From NCBI RefSeq assembly GCF_018977255.1, contig NW_024704743.1, positions 95,482,001 to 95,546,000 on the forward strand: DNA of 64,000 nt, written 5' to 3'. Shown here piece after piece: positions 50,577 through 64,000 of the stretch. The DNA is from Callorhinchus milii (lineage: Eukaryota). A program made the position numbers and the translations under genes. How positions within the stretch are numbered: the stretch's first letter is position 1; every line of letters starts with the position of its first letter. The notes below the pieces were generated by a model, which saw only the letters and a list, made by a program, of their open reading frames with translations, did not search any database and was not told where the DNA came from.

Positions 50577-51879
50577 ACAAAGAAGTGATCAATGGAGAGA
50601 ATAAAGAGATCCATAAGTAGATAGCCTCTGGTTGATTCGGATCAGCTGCTCATTTCATTATGTTTTATTTTTTCTGGGTGAAGTAAGCCAACAATAATCG
50701 GAATAAATACCGGATCACTATAAATAAGTAATGATGGACTTGAACACAAGAAAACAACAGTAACAACAAATTGCATTAATATAGCGCCTTTCACATAGGG
50801 ACGTAATCTAGACATGAATAATTTGCACATAGAGACGGCAAGAGAATGCCTTGGGATGTCCTTCAGGATCATCGGACGTCCTCCCAACCTGAAAGGCGCT
50901 GGACAGATGTAACTTATTGTTGTTTTTGCAGGTACCACCTCCAGTGCAGCAAACAATGAATGGTGAGGGCCGGAGGTTATCATTTTTTTGTTCAGCCAGG
51001 CATTTGACACATGCAAAAACCCATCATCCAGTTTAAAAGCATCAAACCAAACTGATATTTACACGCATCCCACCTATACATCGAAATTCTTGAGATGTGT
51101 ATTGGAATAAAATGTAATTTTAGAGGGGCACACCCTGCTTACCTAATTACAGAGAGTATCATGTGTGTTGGTTTGCTGCTGGGGTCTAACCAGCTTGTTG
51201 AAGGAATGGGTTGAAAGTTGAAAGTACTGTCTGGCAAGCCTCACAGTTTCCTCACCAGCTATCTGTTAACAGCTGCCTTCAGTTGTGGGAGGACTTTTAC
51301 AGCACAATGTTGTGCCAGCCAGCGGGAGGTCCAAGTCCAATGCCGCGTACCAGGCTTACAGCAAAAGCTGCTTAATCCAGGTCCTCATGTGAGGAGCCTT
51401 GGCAAATAGATATGCCCACTTGTGAAGCTGACTCTGCCTCCAGGGTGCTCAGTGACAGATGAGTGTAGGCCGGAGCCCTCCCTCCCTGCAGCTGCTTCCC
51501 GTGTTTGCCACAAATCCGCCTCACTGCTTGATCCTGCAAATGAGCAATGTATGATCAGGGTGTGGTGTTGGCCATCTATGGCTCCCTCAATTGCTCCTGA
51601 ACTGGACGGGCTGCTGTTCTCTCTGATTCTCACCAGCCAGATCACATTTCACATACCCATATGATCATGCCAGCCATAGGTGCATTCTGCAAATTGTTGC
51701 TCACACTGTTATGCATGTTGCTTATTGTCTATGCTGTTCACCTTGAAGACATTGAAATGAAAATTACAGGAAAAAACTGATATGAGCCAACCTTTTTGTT
51801 TATTTTTCCGATTAGATCCTGTTATTATTCTGTGTTCCAAGAGATTTCCCAGTATAACTTGTTTAATGTTTAAAGATTA

Positions 51880-52620
51880 ACAAGCGGTGCCTTCTGGTTC
51901 AACCAGAAATGATAGTGAGTCACTGCCAAAGTGTTTACACAGAGACATGCAGAAGACAAACTTATAAACCTCTACTCTGAATGCCAGAGTGAGTGTACCT
52001 ACCAGCAATTTTACAACTTTGCAGCAATCAGCCACACCACTGAAGAGATTGTACAAGGATTGATTATAAGCTATAGTGCACACCTTTAAATGATTGAAGT
52101 TGGAATGATCTGCCTTCCTGCCTAAACATCTTTCTTGATTACCGTGTCCAACATTTGCCAAAACCAACCTAGATCAGTCATTTCAATTTATTTATGTACA
52201 CGTAGACAGCCTCCCCACCATATCCACACACAAAGAACAGTGAATTGTAGTGCTGAATTATTATAGCCAGGGTGACAAAGTCCCATGTCAAACCCTGACA
52301 AATAAACACTGATCTCTAAATACACACCTATGTACAATGACTGCCACAAAAAAACACAAATCATACACTGAGATACAAATTCCATTTCAGAGCTTTCCAT
52401 TTCTCCAACCAACCAATGAACGTCAAGCACTCAAAACACTGTTGGAGCTTGTTTTGAGTTCATTTTAATATTGATCTGAGACTCAATGCACAAAAATAAG
52501 AAACCAGTTGATATAAAATAGCCACAGAAGTGGGAAGACCTATGACAGCTTTTCTACGCTTGCCTACTGATGTGACAGTCAACAAATTCACTCTCCAACC
52601 AAATATTACCCACACCATTT
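51880..52620 (+). mobile_element. Ancient non-LTR (RTE-like) RT fossil
   Basis: Manual translation gives ordered remnants IVVLN..SQGDKVPC (cf. K.GDK..C.NYR), QIPFQ (cf. Q.GFR) and EVGRPMTAFL..TVN (cf. PL..AF.DL.KAFD.V). Confidence 0.35.
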
Positions 52621-55600
52621 GAAATAAAGTATGACAAAGTGCTATTTGGCCCATTCAGCTCATGATTTCTCTTCAGTTCTGTTTCAGTTTGAAATCGGTT
52701 AGCTAATGGGGTCTTAGTCACAGGCATTGTTTAATAACAAACACCAACGTGCATTTATATAGTGCTCTTCATGTAAAATATCGCCTTGGAGCTCTACAAT
52801 GGGGAGGTGCACACCAAACAGGGGGAGAGGAGAGAAGAAGGGGGTGACCATAGGCACAGTCAGAGAGGTAGGTTTTAAGACGGGGTGTGAAGACAGAGAG
52901 AGGGAGCGGAACAGAGGGTCGGTTTTCTCGGGGTTCAGGCTGTAGAATTGGGAAGTGAATCTAAGAATTTTACAAAATTCCACGTGGTCTTAAATTTATG
53001 AAAATGGCCCCGTGGGTAAAACCAGGAGAAATTTGGGGCCTCTGAAACATGAACATTGGTTGATTATTTTCCCTCCCGAAGTCAGGAAATTGAAGCTAAA
53101 TGTAGACTTTGCAGTATTTTGTGTATTCCTCATGCAAATGTGGAAAAGTGTGATAACCAAACTCTCACCCTCTCCAGGTAAGTGTAAGCCCTCTTATTCA
53201 CCTCTCACTCATCTTAACTGCCTCTCTTTTTTAAATCTATGATTTTTTGCATGTAATTTTTGGTAATTGGAAAAACTGTTATGTCTTTGGTCAGTTCCCC
53301 TGTGACTTTGTTAGGTGTGTCACACAATCCTGTAAAGTGCTTTGAGACATTATCCAATGTGAAAGGTGCTATAAAGAGTAATGTTTGCGTTTGATCTATC
53401 ATTTCATATCAGGATAGCTCAACGTGCTTTACAGGATTTACTATGAATTGCAGTGACTGTGTATTTTGTAGGCTTCGTAAATGCAAGTGGTTATTATTGA
53501 TATTGTTGTACAGAAATGATCGATATAGATTTAATTTTTGCTGAGAGTCCATTTTATTTATATACCACTCAGTCGGTGGAAGCAATTTCATGTCTAGTTC
53601 TGTTTAAGATATGTTATTTCACTTATTTCCTCCATTCTCATGATCATATCTCAAGCTGTGCCTGAAATTCAATTCTATGTTAAGGGGAAAGTAATCAGAG
53701 CATCTGCTTAAAGAGCTAAAAGCAGCAGCCAATTACGCACAGCAGTATCCCACAAATAGTCATGGATTGAAGCGACCAATTTTTTTTAAGGAATTATTAC
53801 CCCCAGAAAAGGGTCCACCAATCTCCACCAGGTTTCTCGCGAGATGAGTGCTCTAACCACTGAGCTACAGGACTCCTCAGTTTACGACCAAACCCCATTC
53901 AAAAACACAAATACGGCTAACGTTACCTCTACTGTCCATTCACTTAGACCTTTGTGAAGCTTCTAAACCTCTAGTTAAGAGGCTGTGATGGAGCTGATTG
54001 TTTGAAGAGAATTAGCTGCGAGGGGTGAGGAGGTAAAGAGGAAAGGATTATCATCATCATCTTGTCATTGCTGTTTGCCTACAAAACACACAGTTACTGC
54101 ACTTCGCAGTATAGCCTGTGAAGTGCTTTGAGACATCCTTTTGATGTGAAAGGGACAATATCAAATGTAAGAATTAATATTATTAATAATAACAATGTCG
54201 TTGAAAGCACTGTGTGATAATTTGGTCTCACCTAATCCATGACTGTTAGTAGGACACTGCTATGCTCAATTGTCTGCCACGTTTCGCCCACAAAATATAG
54301 TCAATTCACAGTATATTCTGTGAAGCACTTTGAGACGTCTCGAAAACATGATAAGGTGCTATAGCATCCAATTCAAGGATTATTATTGTCTGGATAGGAC
54401 CACCTGATGTGTTAGGGCTTTGGCTGCAGGGGAATGATCAGCTTAGCTCTAAGGAAACTCTGTTTACCTCCCCTCTCCAAGGAGGATAATGAATTGCATT
54501 TCATTAAATGTTTCACTGAAAGATATTGAAAGGATTACATAAAACTGAGTCTGACACTTAAACGTCAGCAGCCAAGGGCAATCAATGTAGAGTGAGAATA
54601 TATTCCACACTCTCAATAAATTTCAATTTGAAGAATCAATACGTTATAATATTACTTGCATTTGATATAGCATCAAAATGTTTAAAAAGACTTCACGGGG
54701 AATTGGTGCCTTATGATGATTTTAGGCAAACATGGCAGTCAATTTGCATATAGCAAGGGCCCACATACAGCCGTAAATGACCAATTTATTCAGAATACAC
54801 TGGAAAAAAATCTCCGGTCTCTTTGCGGATAGTGTCATGGGAACTTTAAATGGGATCTGAACAGGCACTTTCAGACACATTATCGAAAGCACAGCACCTC
54901 CAACAATGCAATGCTCCCCCAGTACTACAAACTCACATTGTTTGACCCAGAAGTGAGAGTGCTACTAAATACAGATTGTCTCACCTGATACCTATGTCAG
55001 CTTGGCTTGTTTTATGGTTCAACTAATGTGTAACACATGTTTGACTGTAAGACAGTGCAAGCATGTTACTCTGGTTCCTCTAATCAGGAAGGAACACCAG
55101 AGACTGGACATTATGTGCTACTGATAAAAATGCGTGTGGTTAAGTAGAGCCGTAAATGTGTTGGAGCAGAGTTTGCTAACATTGAGGTTTTTTAGAGCTT
55201 AGCAGATAAAGTGCTAAAGGCACAGAAAAGGCTGGTTGCTGTTTTCTGCCAAACACCTTCACTGGCACTTGTCTCACTGACTATGTAGCTTTGTTGCTGA
55301 AATCAGATGATTAGCAGAACGCACAAATACACCAGCAGCATCGTGCGTCAAGGACAGCTCTCCTCCTACCTGATGACTGAAGTACTGCCAAAGACAATTT
55401 GTCTCACCTTGCCTGAGGCCCTCACTAGCTGATCAAGGCACTTTGCATTACCGCACATCTCCAGCAACATCTGCCAACAATGATGTGAGCGCATCTAACA
55501 GCTTCGCTCCGACTTCCCACTACAATCACGTGGGCAACAGTTCTGAATGAATGCAAATAAATGGAATAAGACCTTCACACTCTCTTAGGAGCAGAACAGC

Positions 55601-55939
55601 TATAACAGCTAATACAGTAACAAATAATTCTTGCCTTTGGTATAATAATACCTTTCAGATCAGGACGACGTCCCAAAGTGCTTCACAGGATACACTGTAG
55701 CATGCAATGACTGTGTATTTTTGTGGGCAAACTATAAATTGTTCAGGCAATTAGATACTGTGCCAGATGGACAAGTTTCATCAGCGGTAAGCCCCTCTTT
55801 CCACACCCACCCAGGCTTGAAGAACAATAGATTATTCATCTTTCATTTTAACTGAGCTCCTAATACCAGACAGTGTAGTGGCTTTGTGTCCTTGGTGTGT
55901 CGGGATAGCTTTCAACAAGTACCAGATTTTTCCATCTCA

Positions 55940-56632
55940 ACCTGTCTGCTCCCTCCGCTCAGCAGGCTCCGGCCTGCTCCACCATCGGCAGTCAGGCCTT
56001 CAGCCTTTCTGCCCCCACCCTTTAGAACTACATCCCACATTCCCTTTGCTTCGCTCCCTCCCTTGCCTCCTTCAAGGCACGTCTCAAGACTCTCCTCTTC
56101 GACCGTAACTTTGGCCACTCTCCCTGCCCTCACTGCTCTCCATCTCTCTGATCCCTCCCCACTATGGCATTCTCAGGTCCAAATCCCTGATTGTCCAGCA
56201 CTTTTGGATGTCCTCCCAACGTGAAAGCCGTTATACAAATGTAATTTTATATTGTATTCAACTTCAAGATCCTCACTCCAGTGATTAAATCCCTCCAGAC
56301 CTTGGCACCCCCCCATCTCTCCAATCTCCTCTCTCCTCACAGAACTACCCGCTGCCTCCGCTCTCCTGGCTTCGGCCTCCTCCTTGTCCCTCGAATCCTC
56401 CGCTTCACCATCAGCGGCCGTGCCTTCAGCCACTACGCCCTGAAGCTATGGAACTCCCTCCATCAATCTCTTCACCTTGTCCCCTCTTTCCCCATTTTCA
56501 GGTTGCGCCTGAAGACCTTGCTCTTCGACTGTGCCTAAGAACACTTTCCCCCTCCCCCTGACTCAGCATTGTTAAGCACTCTGGGACGCTGCCCGGCTTG
56601 GAGGGCACTACATAAATGCAAGTTGTTGTTGT
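55940..56632 (+). mobile_element. Two tandem L2 3' fragments
   Basis: ORF 56281..56538 KSLQTLAPPHLSNLL...GRAFSHYALKLWNSL...LKTLLF; tails end at about 56250 and 56632 in AAATG(T/C)AA. Confidence 0.88.
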
Positions 56633-57588
56633 ACTGTATCTATATTGAGACCCATTTCCTCCACACAAAATATTATTGCACTAAACCATACAGCAGATTG
56701 TGCTGTTTCAATTGCTGCAACACGTCACATGAACTTTGACAACTCTGGTAGGTACCCCAGCCCCCCCCCCCCCCCTTTGCTTCCAACCTTCCCCCACCGA
56801 ACCTAACCCACAGTTCAAGTGCAAACCCTCGACCCGTCCAGTGCCTTGGCATCTCCTCCCTATATGAAAGACACTATACAAGTTCAATTTGTTTTTCTTG
56901 TTGTAGGTAGTCCTACTTTATTTCTCTCAACATGGAGCTGGAGAAAACAGCAAGCTCTGAAGTGCTGCATAACCAACCACAAGATCATACATTCTGTGAC
57001 CAGTTTACATGAGAGCAACACTGAGACACATGACGTGCCCCATAGAGATCAGAATCATATGTTTTTCAACTCTCTTATGGTTCGGAAGTCACCTGCCCTC
57101 ATTCTGTGCTTTCTGCTGATGGTGTGACAGAGATCGGTAATTCACTGCATAAAGAATCATAGTCACCAGTATGTAGTGGAGTCCTGTAGCTTAGTGGTTA
57201 GAGCACTCGCCTCGCAAGCAGGAGAACCTGGGTTCTGGTGATCTGAATTAATCTGTTTCCATGTCATTCTATTTACCTCTATGTACCCTGTGGACAATAT
57301 CAAATAAAGAGGAGTTCACAATAATCCTAACAAGTTTGTATTGAAATAAATTTACAGGTGTTGGAGGGGAAATTATGCCTGGACCTGGACTTTTTTTCTC
57401 AGCATTTCAGATTGTGCAAATTTTGGACAATTCTTTTCTGCAATTCCTAAAAAAAACTACAGAAATCAGCTTCAAAATTAAAACTGAACTTAAGAGCTGT
57501 CCGTCAAGAAAAAAGTGGAAATCTATACTGGGACAAAAATCTTTGTAAATGAGCCCTTAATACAAGTTTAGTTTGTATACTAATCCTG

Positions 57589-57607
57589 TGCCACCAGATG
57601 GCGCTAC
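57589..57607 (+). promoter_or_regulatory. CTCF consensus binding motif
   Basis: TGCCACCAGATGGCGCTAC closely matches the vertebrate CTCF core (GCCACCAGRKGGCGCTA), with the CpG retained, in AT-rich non-repeat flanks. Confidence 0.65.
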
Positions 57608-58887
57608 AGACCACAAGAAAGACAATTAGAAACTTATTTGATATGTGTTATTTATAACTCAAAGCACGATATATATACATATATTTATTCGAAAAATTCA
57701 AATCAAATTAAAATTGCAAGTGATCCAACTGCACACTGACATCCTATTCTCCTGCATTTTCTGGGGGGTCAGCAGGGTGTCTGGGATGTCTTCCCGAGGT
57801 GAAAGGCGCTTTTGCTGTTGTTGTTGTCTGACACGTGCAGAAAACCATCGGGATGTTTAAGTGTATCCAAACCAAGCTGAGATTTCCATGCATCCCACCT
57901 ACACATGGAAATCCCAGAAATAAATTGTTGGAATGGAATGCACACTCTCCCCCTGGAGGGACCCATCCTGCTTACCTAATTCCGGTAAGTATTAGGCACA
58001 GATTGGCAGAAGCCAAGGCTTGGAAACCCCAGAGTTTGCGTTGGGTGCTGCTGGAGTCTAACCAGTAAAACTGCATAGCTTGCCATTGATATTGCTGTCC
58101 ATCAAGCTTTCCCACTGCTTGTCCAGCTAAGACCACCCTACCCATTAGGGCGTTGGCTTTCAGGGTTAACAGGAGCTGAGTGGATGATTCCTAACCCAGT
58201 GACAGGTCTGCCTTTCTGTGCTGTCATCAGCAGTCTATGGGTCATTCTCCTGCATGGGTGATAGTGTGGAAGTCTGGTGGGTTAAGTTGTGATGAGTGGG
58301 AACGGATCCCTGGGGATGAACCAGGTTTCGGTGAGGCCCAGAAAGTCCACAATAAGGACATGAGTGAGGTGGGGAGGGAGTTTTTTTTTTGAAGAGCTAT
58401 TCATAGAGGTAATGGTGCAATTTGTGAAGGATATGGGAGGGGGGGGGTGGGATAGAGGATCAGGAAAGATAACAGGATTAATTAAATGATTTACTGCTGG
58501 GGAGTGGGACAGACATTAAGGTGACCAAGGTTATTTGGTAAACCAAATCCAGGTGCCATTTTTAAAATTATGAACTCACCACATTTCCTCATGCTGGTAG
58601 TACTGGAGGAGTATTGGATTAATGGCTGTATTTCTCTGATGACTATCTGATTTAGAATGTTATTGTTCTTGCTCAGGTTTTGCTGAAGTTAAGACAGGGC
58701 AAATTTGATAAGGGACACAATACTACATTCAGTGACTGACCTCGGAAATCAGGGAGGTATGGTCACCCGAACACACAGACCTAAACTGGATCCCCTGAGA
58801 TTCAGGGCTCAACTCAGTTGATAGCATTCTCATGTGTGATTCAGGTGGTTAAGTTCTGTATTGAGATTTAAAATCATGGTTGACTTT

Positions 58888-59050
58888 AATAATAATAATA
58901 ATCCTTGCATTTGATATAGCGCTTTTCACGTCTTCTAGACGTCTCAAAGCGCTTCACAGAATATACTGTAAAGTGAATTTACTGTATATTTGTGGATGAA
59001 ACGCGGCAGCCAATTGCGCACAGCAGTGTCCCACAAACAGTCGTGAATTG
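58888..59050 (-). mobile_element. DeuSINE 3' half, well preserved
   Basis: (AAT)n CCTTGCATTTGATATAGCGC...GACGTCTCAAAGCGCTTCACAGAATATACTG...GCGGCAGCCAATTGCGCACAGC. Confidence 0.88.
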
Positions 59051-59699
59051 ACTTTGACACGTAAGTGCAGCAGTAGGGGTACACGGCTTGACAGAGGTGC
59101 TGTCCTTTGGGTTACAAATTAAACTGAGGTCCGATTATCTTGTCTATAGAGAACAGAAAGATAAAGCTAAGGTTTTCATAAGAATTTCCAAGGAACTTCA
59201 GGCACCTTGAAAAAAAAACTCATGCAACTCCACAATTAAATGTTCTTTTCTTGGCAAGTTGGTCAGATTCACAATACACTAACATAAAAGGTATAGGGAC
59301 GAGTTAGGTTATAATTAGCATGATGGACATCAAAAGTAGTTAAACAACTGGACTAAATGTTATTGTTGAATTGTATAAAAAAAACAATTGGGACACTCCC
59401 TGATGTGAAAGGCACTATATACTTGTACATTTGTTGTCACAGCTGAAAAACATACCTTTGAAAACTGATAACTGTGTACTCCTGCAAGTGCAGCAAAGTT
59501 ACCATATTTATCGTTCAGTCCTTTTCCTTTGTCACATTTTGACAAACATTGCTATGTGCCCATTTCTGCATCCTATTACCTTGGTGTAAACAGGAAAACT
59601 TGTGATTGTACATGCTGTTGGCCCAATGTACCTATGCCCCTCTACCCACTAAGTTCCCTGTAGTAAACTTCTTTTCGACCATGCTTTCTTCTCTGATTA

Positions 59700-60040
59700 G
59701 GAAACCTGATAATAGTTGTTCAAAACTATGAGATTTTGATATTGGGAGAAACTATTCCTGGTTGGTGAGTTGGTAACCAGGGCATATACTTTTAAGATCA
59801 TTTTGAAAATAACTGAGAGGTAAGGGATTTTTTTTAAAACAGAAGCTTATTTCTAAGTATTGTAAAAACTTAATTGAAGCAGACATCATTAATAGCTTTC
59901 AAAAAGGAATTTTGTATATTTTTAAAACATTTCAGGGTATGGAGAAAGGACAGGCGAGTGGGACTAAATGGGTTAGGGTTTCAGAGAGCTGCACAGGCAG
60001 AATGAGCCAAATAGGCTCCTGTGCAGTACAATTTTATGCA
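59700..60040 (+). mobile_element. Old CR1 3' fragment
   Basis: Parallels 5165-5540 (GTTCAAAACTATGAGA...ACTATTCC...CAGGGTATGGAGAAAGG..GAGTGGGACTAA...GGCTCCTGTGC). Confidence 0.7.
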
Positions 60041-60484
60041 AAGTAAATACCTTTAGATTTTATGTGTAGCAATTCAAACACTGGGTACATGAGCTCATCT
60101 AAAATATATATATATGATATATAATAATAAAATCAGGTTAAGGCTCTACACCAGCAACGGTTTGCTGTTTCAAATTTCCGTGTTTTATTTATTAATCAGG
60201 ACAAAGAAGATGTTGCCAAAGGCTCTTCCTTTGTCAGAGGTTAAGAGTGACAGGCTAATACTATGCTAGGTCTGATGGGGTGGGTTAGAACAAAAAAAAT
60301 TCAAGTTTCAGGAAAAAAGTGGTGAGGGTATTCAGGTGATCATTGTGTTTGTTCATATTATGTACATTGCAGCAAATATTTGATGAACTGTATATATTCC
60401 AGCAGTGCTCACAGTATGTTATTGGTTACAAAAGTAGGGAACAACAATCTAAAATAATGAATAAGCGGTTTTCAATATGAAGGA

Positions 60485-61435
60485 ACAACGACAACTTGCA
60501 CTTATATAGCACCCTCCACGCAGGGTAGCATCTCAAGAGCGCTTAGCAATGGCGGAACCTGACTCCGAGCTGGGGGAGGGGGAGGTGGACGTAAGCACCG
60601 TCGAACAGGAAAGTTTTCAGGCAGGACTTGAAAGAGGTGAGAGAAGGCCAAGGCGGAGGGATTGAGGAAGAGTGTTCCAGAGTTTCGGGGCGTAGTGGCT
60701 GAAAGTATAACCTCTGATGGTGAGGCAGAAGGTGCGAGGGACGAGCAGGAGGCCAGTGCCAGTCAAGCGGAGGAGCTGGGTGGTGGATTGGGCAGTTAGG
60801 AGGTCAGAGAGGTAGGAAGGTGCCAGGGAGTGAATGGATTTGAACACGAGTGTAAGAATCTTGAAGTTCGATCCGTTTGGTGATGGGGAGCCAGTGGAGC
60901 CTGGCCAGAACTGGTGAGATGTGGGTAGAGTTTGGTCCAGGTCAGTATGCGGGCAATGGAGTTCTGAATGAGCTGGATCTTTTGAACAGTGGAGCTGGTG
61001 AGACCGGCGAGGAGTTGTTGGGAATAATTCAAGCGGGAAGTGACAGACGCATGCACGAGAGTCTCGGTTGCATTTGGGGTAAGGAACGGTCGGAGGCGGA
61101 CAATGTGGCAGTGGTGGAAGAAAGCGGTCTTGGTCAGGGACTGGATGTGGGGGAGGAAGGACAGCTGGGGTTCCAACCAGACGCCTGGATTGCGCACTGC
61201 TTCGGTGAGTCTGAGGAAGAGCCCAGGGAGGTTGAGGAGTTTAGATCCGCAGGAGTGAACATGTTGAGAGTCAAGGAGTATGGCTTCCGTCTTGTCCATA
61301 TTCAGCTGCAGTAAGTTTACACCCATTCAGGCCCTGATGTCTGCCAGACAAGCTGATAGAACATCGACAGAACAGGAGTTGGTACTGGAGGAAGCAAAGT
61401 AGATTTGTGTGACATCCGCATACAAGTGGACATTA
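60485..61435 (-). mobile_element. L2 LINE, 5'-truncated (RT C-terminus and 3' tail)
   Basis: ORFs LLQLNMDKTEAILL...ETLVHASVTSRLNYS..LLAGL and FKSIHSLAPSYLSDLL...SHYAPKLWNTLP; its 5' part matches window bases 1-200. Confidence 0.92.
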
Positions 61436-61649
61436 CCCAGAGGGAGCATATAGATAAGGAAGCAATTGGACTACAAAAAGTGTAGGAAGTACAATGCAAA
61501 TGGCAGATTTATTTGACTATAAAAAGGCTATTTTATACACATCCGCTGGATAGCCAACTCTTTGTTCATGAATATTTAAATTTACTCCATTTTCAGTATA
61601 TGGAACGTTTCAACTTATAATTGCTTTAATTTATCCAAACCGATGAGTT

Positions 61650-61948
61650 TCTAAAGGACCTCTGATCTGCCTACTTTGTCGCAATTTCCCCCCTCTTTTG
61701 TTTTGCATTATTAACACCTCTTTAACCTATCATCCACTGCCCTCCACCCTATTTTCTCGTTTTCCTTGCCCTGCCTCCCAACTCTGTTAGCCCTTAAAAG
61801 CCTCTCCCTCCCAACATGCCCCAGTTCTGACGAAGGGTCGTGGACCCGAAATGTTGACTCACTTTGCTTTCTCCATAGGTGCTGCCTGATCTGCTGAGTG
61901 TTCCAACGACTTTGGTTTCAGATTTTTAGCATCTCCAGTATTTTGCGT
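61650..61948 (+). mobile_element. Penelope-like element terminal repeat (pyrimidine-rich leader, hammerhead, tail)
   Basis: CTGACGAAGGGTCGTGGACCCGAAATGTTGACTC...TCTCCATAGGTGCTGCCTGATCTGCTGAGTGTTCCA...AGCATCTCCAGTATTTTGCG; homologous to 36091-36321. Confidence 0.75.
61823..61859 (+). ncRNA. Minimal type I hammerhead ribozyme motif
   Basis: Helix I AGUU(61823-26)/GACU(61856-59); core CUGACGA (61827-33); stem II GGGUC-GUG-GACCC; GAAA (61848-51); GUU triplet (61853-55). Confidence 0.65.
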
Positions 61949-63883
61949 TAAGATCAGTTTTATATTGTGAGACTGATTAAGCACATTTTGTAAATAACAA
62001 GAGACCCTATTAACTAATCAAGACTAACTAGCAGTTGGTTAGTTTAGCCATGATGGTTACAGATGATTTGAATAGGATTTTATTTCACTTCCAAGGCCCC
62101 ACTGAATGCACAAATTAAATTACTACTTAAAATGTATCTAATGTTGAATGGCTGAATGCCTTTGCAAACAGGGTCAATACTCACACACAAAATGTAAAGC
62201 ATTCTCAATTTTATTTTGAATTTCCCCACTTCCCTCTATACAAGAACCTTTGATGAAACACTTTCGACAAAGGCAGCAGTGAAATTTCAGAAACAATATT
62301 CATTTCTCCTAGGCCAAATGACCATAATCACAGTGTAACAATACATGATCTGCTGTCATCTTTGGCTGGGGGTTAGGCTAACAGGTTACTGACTAGCCAA
62401 AAGCCTAGGAGGTTACAGTCAAAGCCACTACAGCCTGTGGTTTGGACTTTCAGCTATAAGCCGAATACAGGAATGTTTTACCACCAGAGAACCTCCAGGT
62501 GAGTGACAGCATCAACTTCCATAAATTTTATAGACAAATGAAAAAATTAATCTACAAAACCTGGACCTAGTTATATTATTACACACAATACACACATTTT
62601 TTAAGTATATTCTACACAAAACCAAAGTTCTTGGTCTTAATGGCTAGTAACAGTTTTTGTTTCAGAATTTGTTTGGAGGAATAAAGTGGGACGTAAAGGC
62701 GGGAGATACAAGTGTTTGCAGTTGGAAGGTGTTGATCATCTGGTGGCCTAATAGTGATGGATGGCATCGGCTGGAAGCCTTCCTCACTGGCAGGTAATGA
62801 TGGGCTTGATGTCCAGAAGTAAACCTAAAAAGCAAAAAAAAAGTTCACATCTACTATCTAATACATTTCAAGCAAAAATTCCACTCTCTCATCAGCGCTC
62901 TTGCCATTTTACCAAGGTTAAGCTCTTGTCATGCTGTTTAATAAGAGAAACAACTTGCCACTGAACTTAATTTAAAAAAAACTACTGACTTCCCTCCATG
63001 GTATAGCGAGTAAAGACTTGTTGCAGTACTAAGCTACAAAGGTTTGACTTGTGGCCTGTGTTGAGTTAGCTAATTTTTATCTGAGGCAGCAGTTGATAAT
63101 GAGGCACTGTCAAATAACCTGCTCACACACTGAGATCACAATTGTAATTCCATGTACATGTAGAAAGATACAAGAACATGACAAAAGCTAATCAAATTGG
63201 TTGCATTTTTAAACCTTAAAAAGTATAAAGATGAGTAGGAATAAATTTTGGAGTGCCTAAACCGATAACTATAAAATAATGTCAAAATCAGAATAAAGTT
63301 ATACCAAACTATAAAAGATGAATAAATGTGCTAACTGGGCTGACTACTGGAATCATGCTCAGTAGGAGAATGGAATCAAAAGCTCTTCAGCAGACAGGGA
63401 GGATGGAAAATGAGAGCAAAATAACTCCTGACCTCCTCCCCCTCCCCAAATTTATAGTCATACCAGATCCTGTCTTTCTGTCATACTCATCTTCTCCACA
63501 ATAGACCAGAACCATCGCTTGAATTGCAGCAATTTCTCAGCATTTTCCCCTGTTGTCAACAGAAAATAATTTTGATAAAAGTTAAGATTCATAAATACTC
63601 TCAATGTAATATTAATCTGAGTTTTGTGCTGGAGGAACTTTTTATCTTTGTTCTACAAAGTAAAAATTGTACTTTATTCTGATAATAATGCAAAGGTATA
63701 CTAAAACATTTCAGCACTAAAAGGCCCATTATACCTGTACCATAACTTTACTGGGCAGAACAGGGAAACTGTTGTAATGCGATGTCGGATCCAAAATTCA
63801 GGCACCATAAATGGGTTGGCAAATATATGGCCACTGGTACAGCTTCCAGGCCGTTGATGCCATGGACATTGAATACAAGTATC

Positions 63884-64000
63884 AGCCTGGCTGTTGGTAG
63901 CACTCTCGCCTTAGAAGCAAAAGGTTATGGGTTCAAGCTCCACATTGGGACTTCAAACTCATACAGTCGAGGCTGACACTCAAACTTGGATCGCGTGATC
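63884..64000 (+). mobile_element. SacSINE1-like head fragment
   Basis: AGCCTGGCTGTTGGTAGCACTCTCGCCTTAGAAGCAAAAGGTTATGGGTTCAAGCTCCAC...AGGCTGACAC. Confidence 0.75.

Noticed and set aside
51385..51645. GAIDG motif suggesting a Harbinger/PIF transposase
   Set aside because: Downstream Harbinger motifs (NRKG..S.N.Q, PGS.HD) are absent; the context fits a decayed LINE linker region at least as well.

Overview
Repeat-rich vertebrate non-coding DNA. The DeuSINE/L2/CR1/Penelope mix points to a cartilaginous fish, possibly a chimaera (inference). I can support no intact host protein-coding exon. Most ORF-track hits are decayed L2/CR1 LINE ORF2 pieces or low-complexity artefacts. The best host feature is a CpG-rich promoter-like block near 46.0-46.45 kb (CRE palindrome, CCAAT). 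It sits beside a probable non-coding first exon on the minus strand ending at TGG|GTGAGT (45787), so 1-45.8 kb is probably intronic sequence of an unidentified gene with enhancer-like AT-rich blocks. A strong CTCF-consensus site lies at about 57.6 kb. The most notable hidden signals are: (i) Penelope-type terminal repeats with minimal hammerhead-ribozyme cores (61827; 36217 inside a ~230 bp palindrome); (ii) two heavily decayed DNA-transposase fossils lying head-to-head and visible only across frameshifts (THAP/Kolobok-like on minus, piggyBac-like on plus); (iii) several hairpin/MITE-like elements and templated-insertion scars. None of this demonstrates a wholly new biological system. Repeat boundaries were estimated by eye and family names come from recalled motifs, not database searches.
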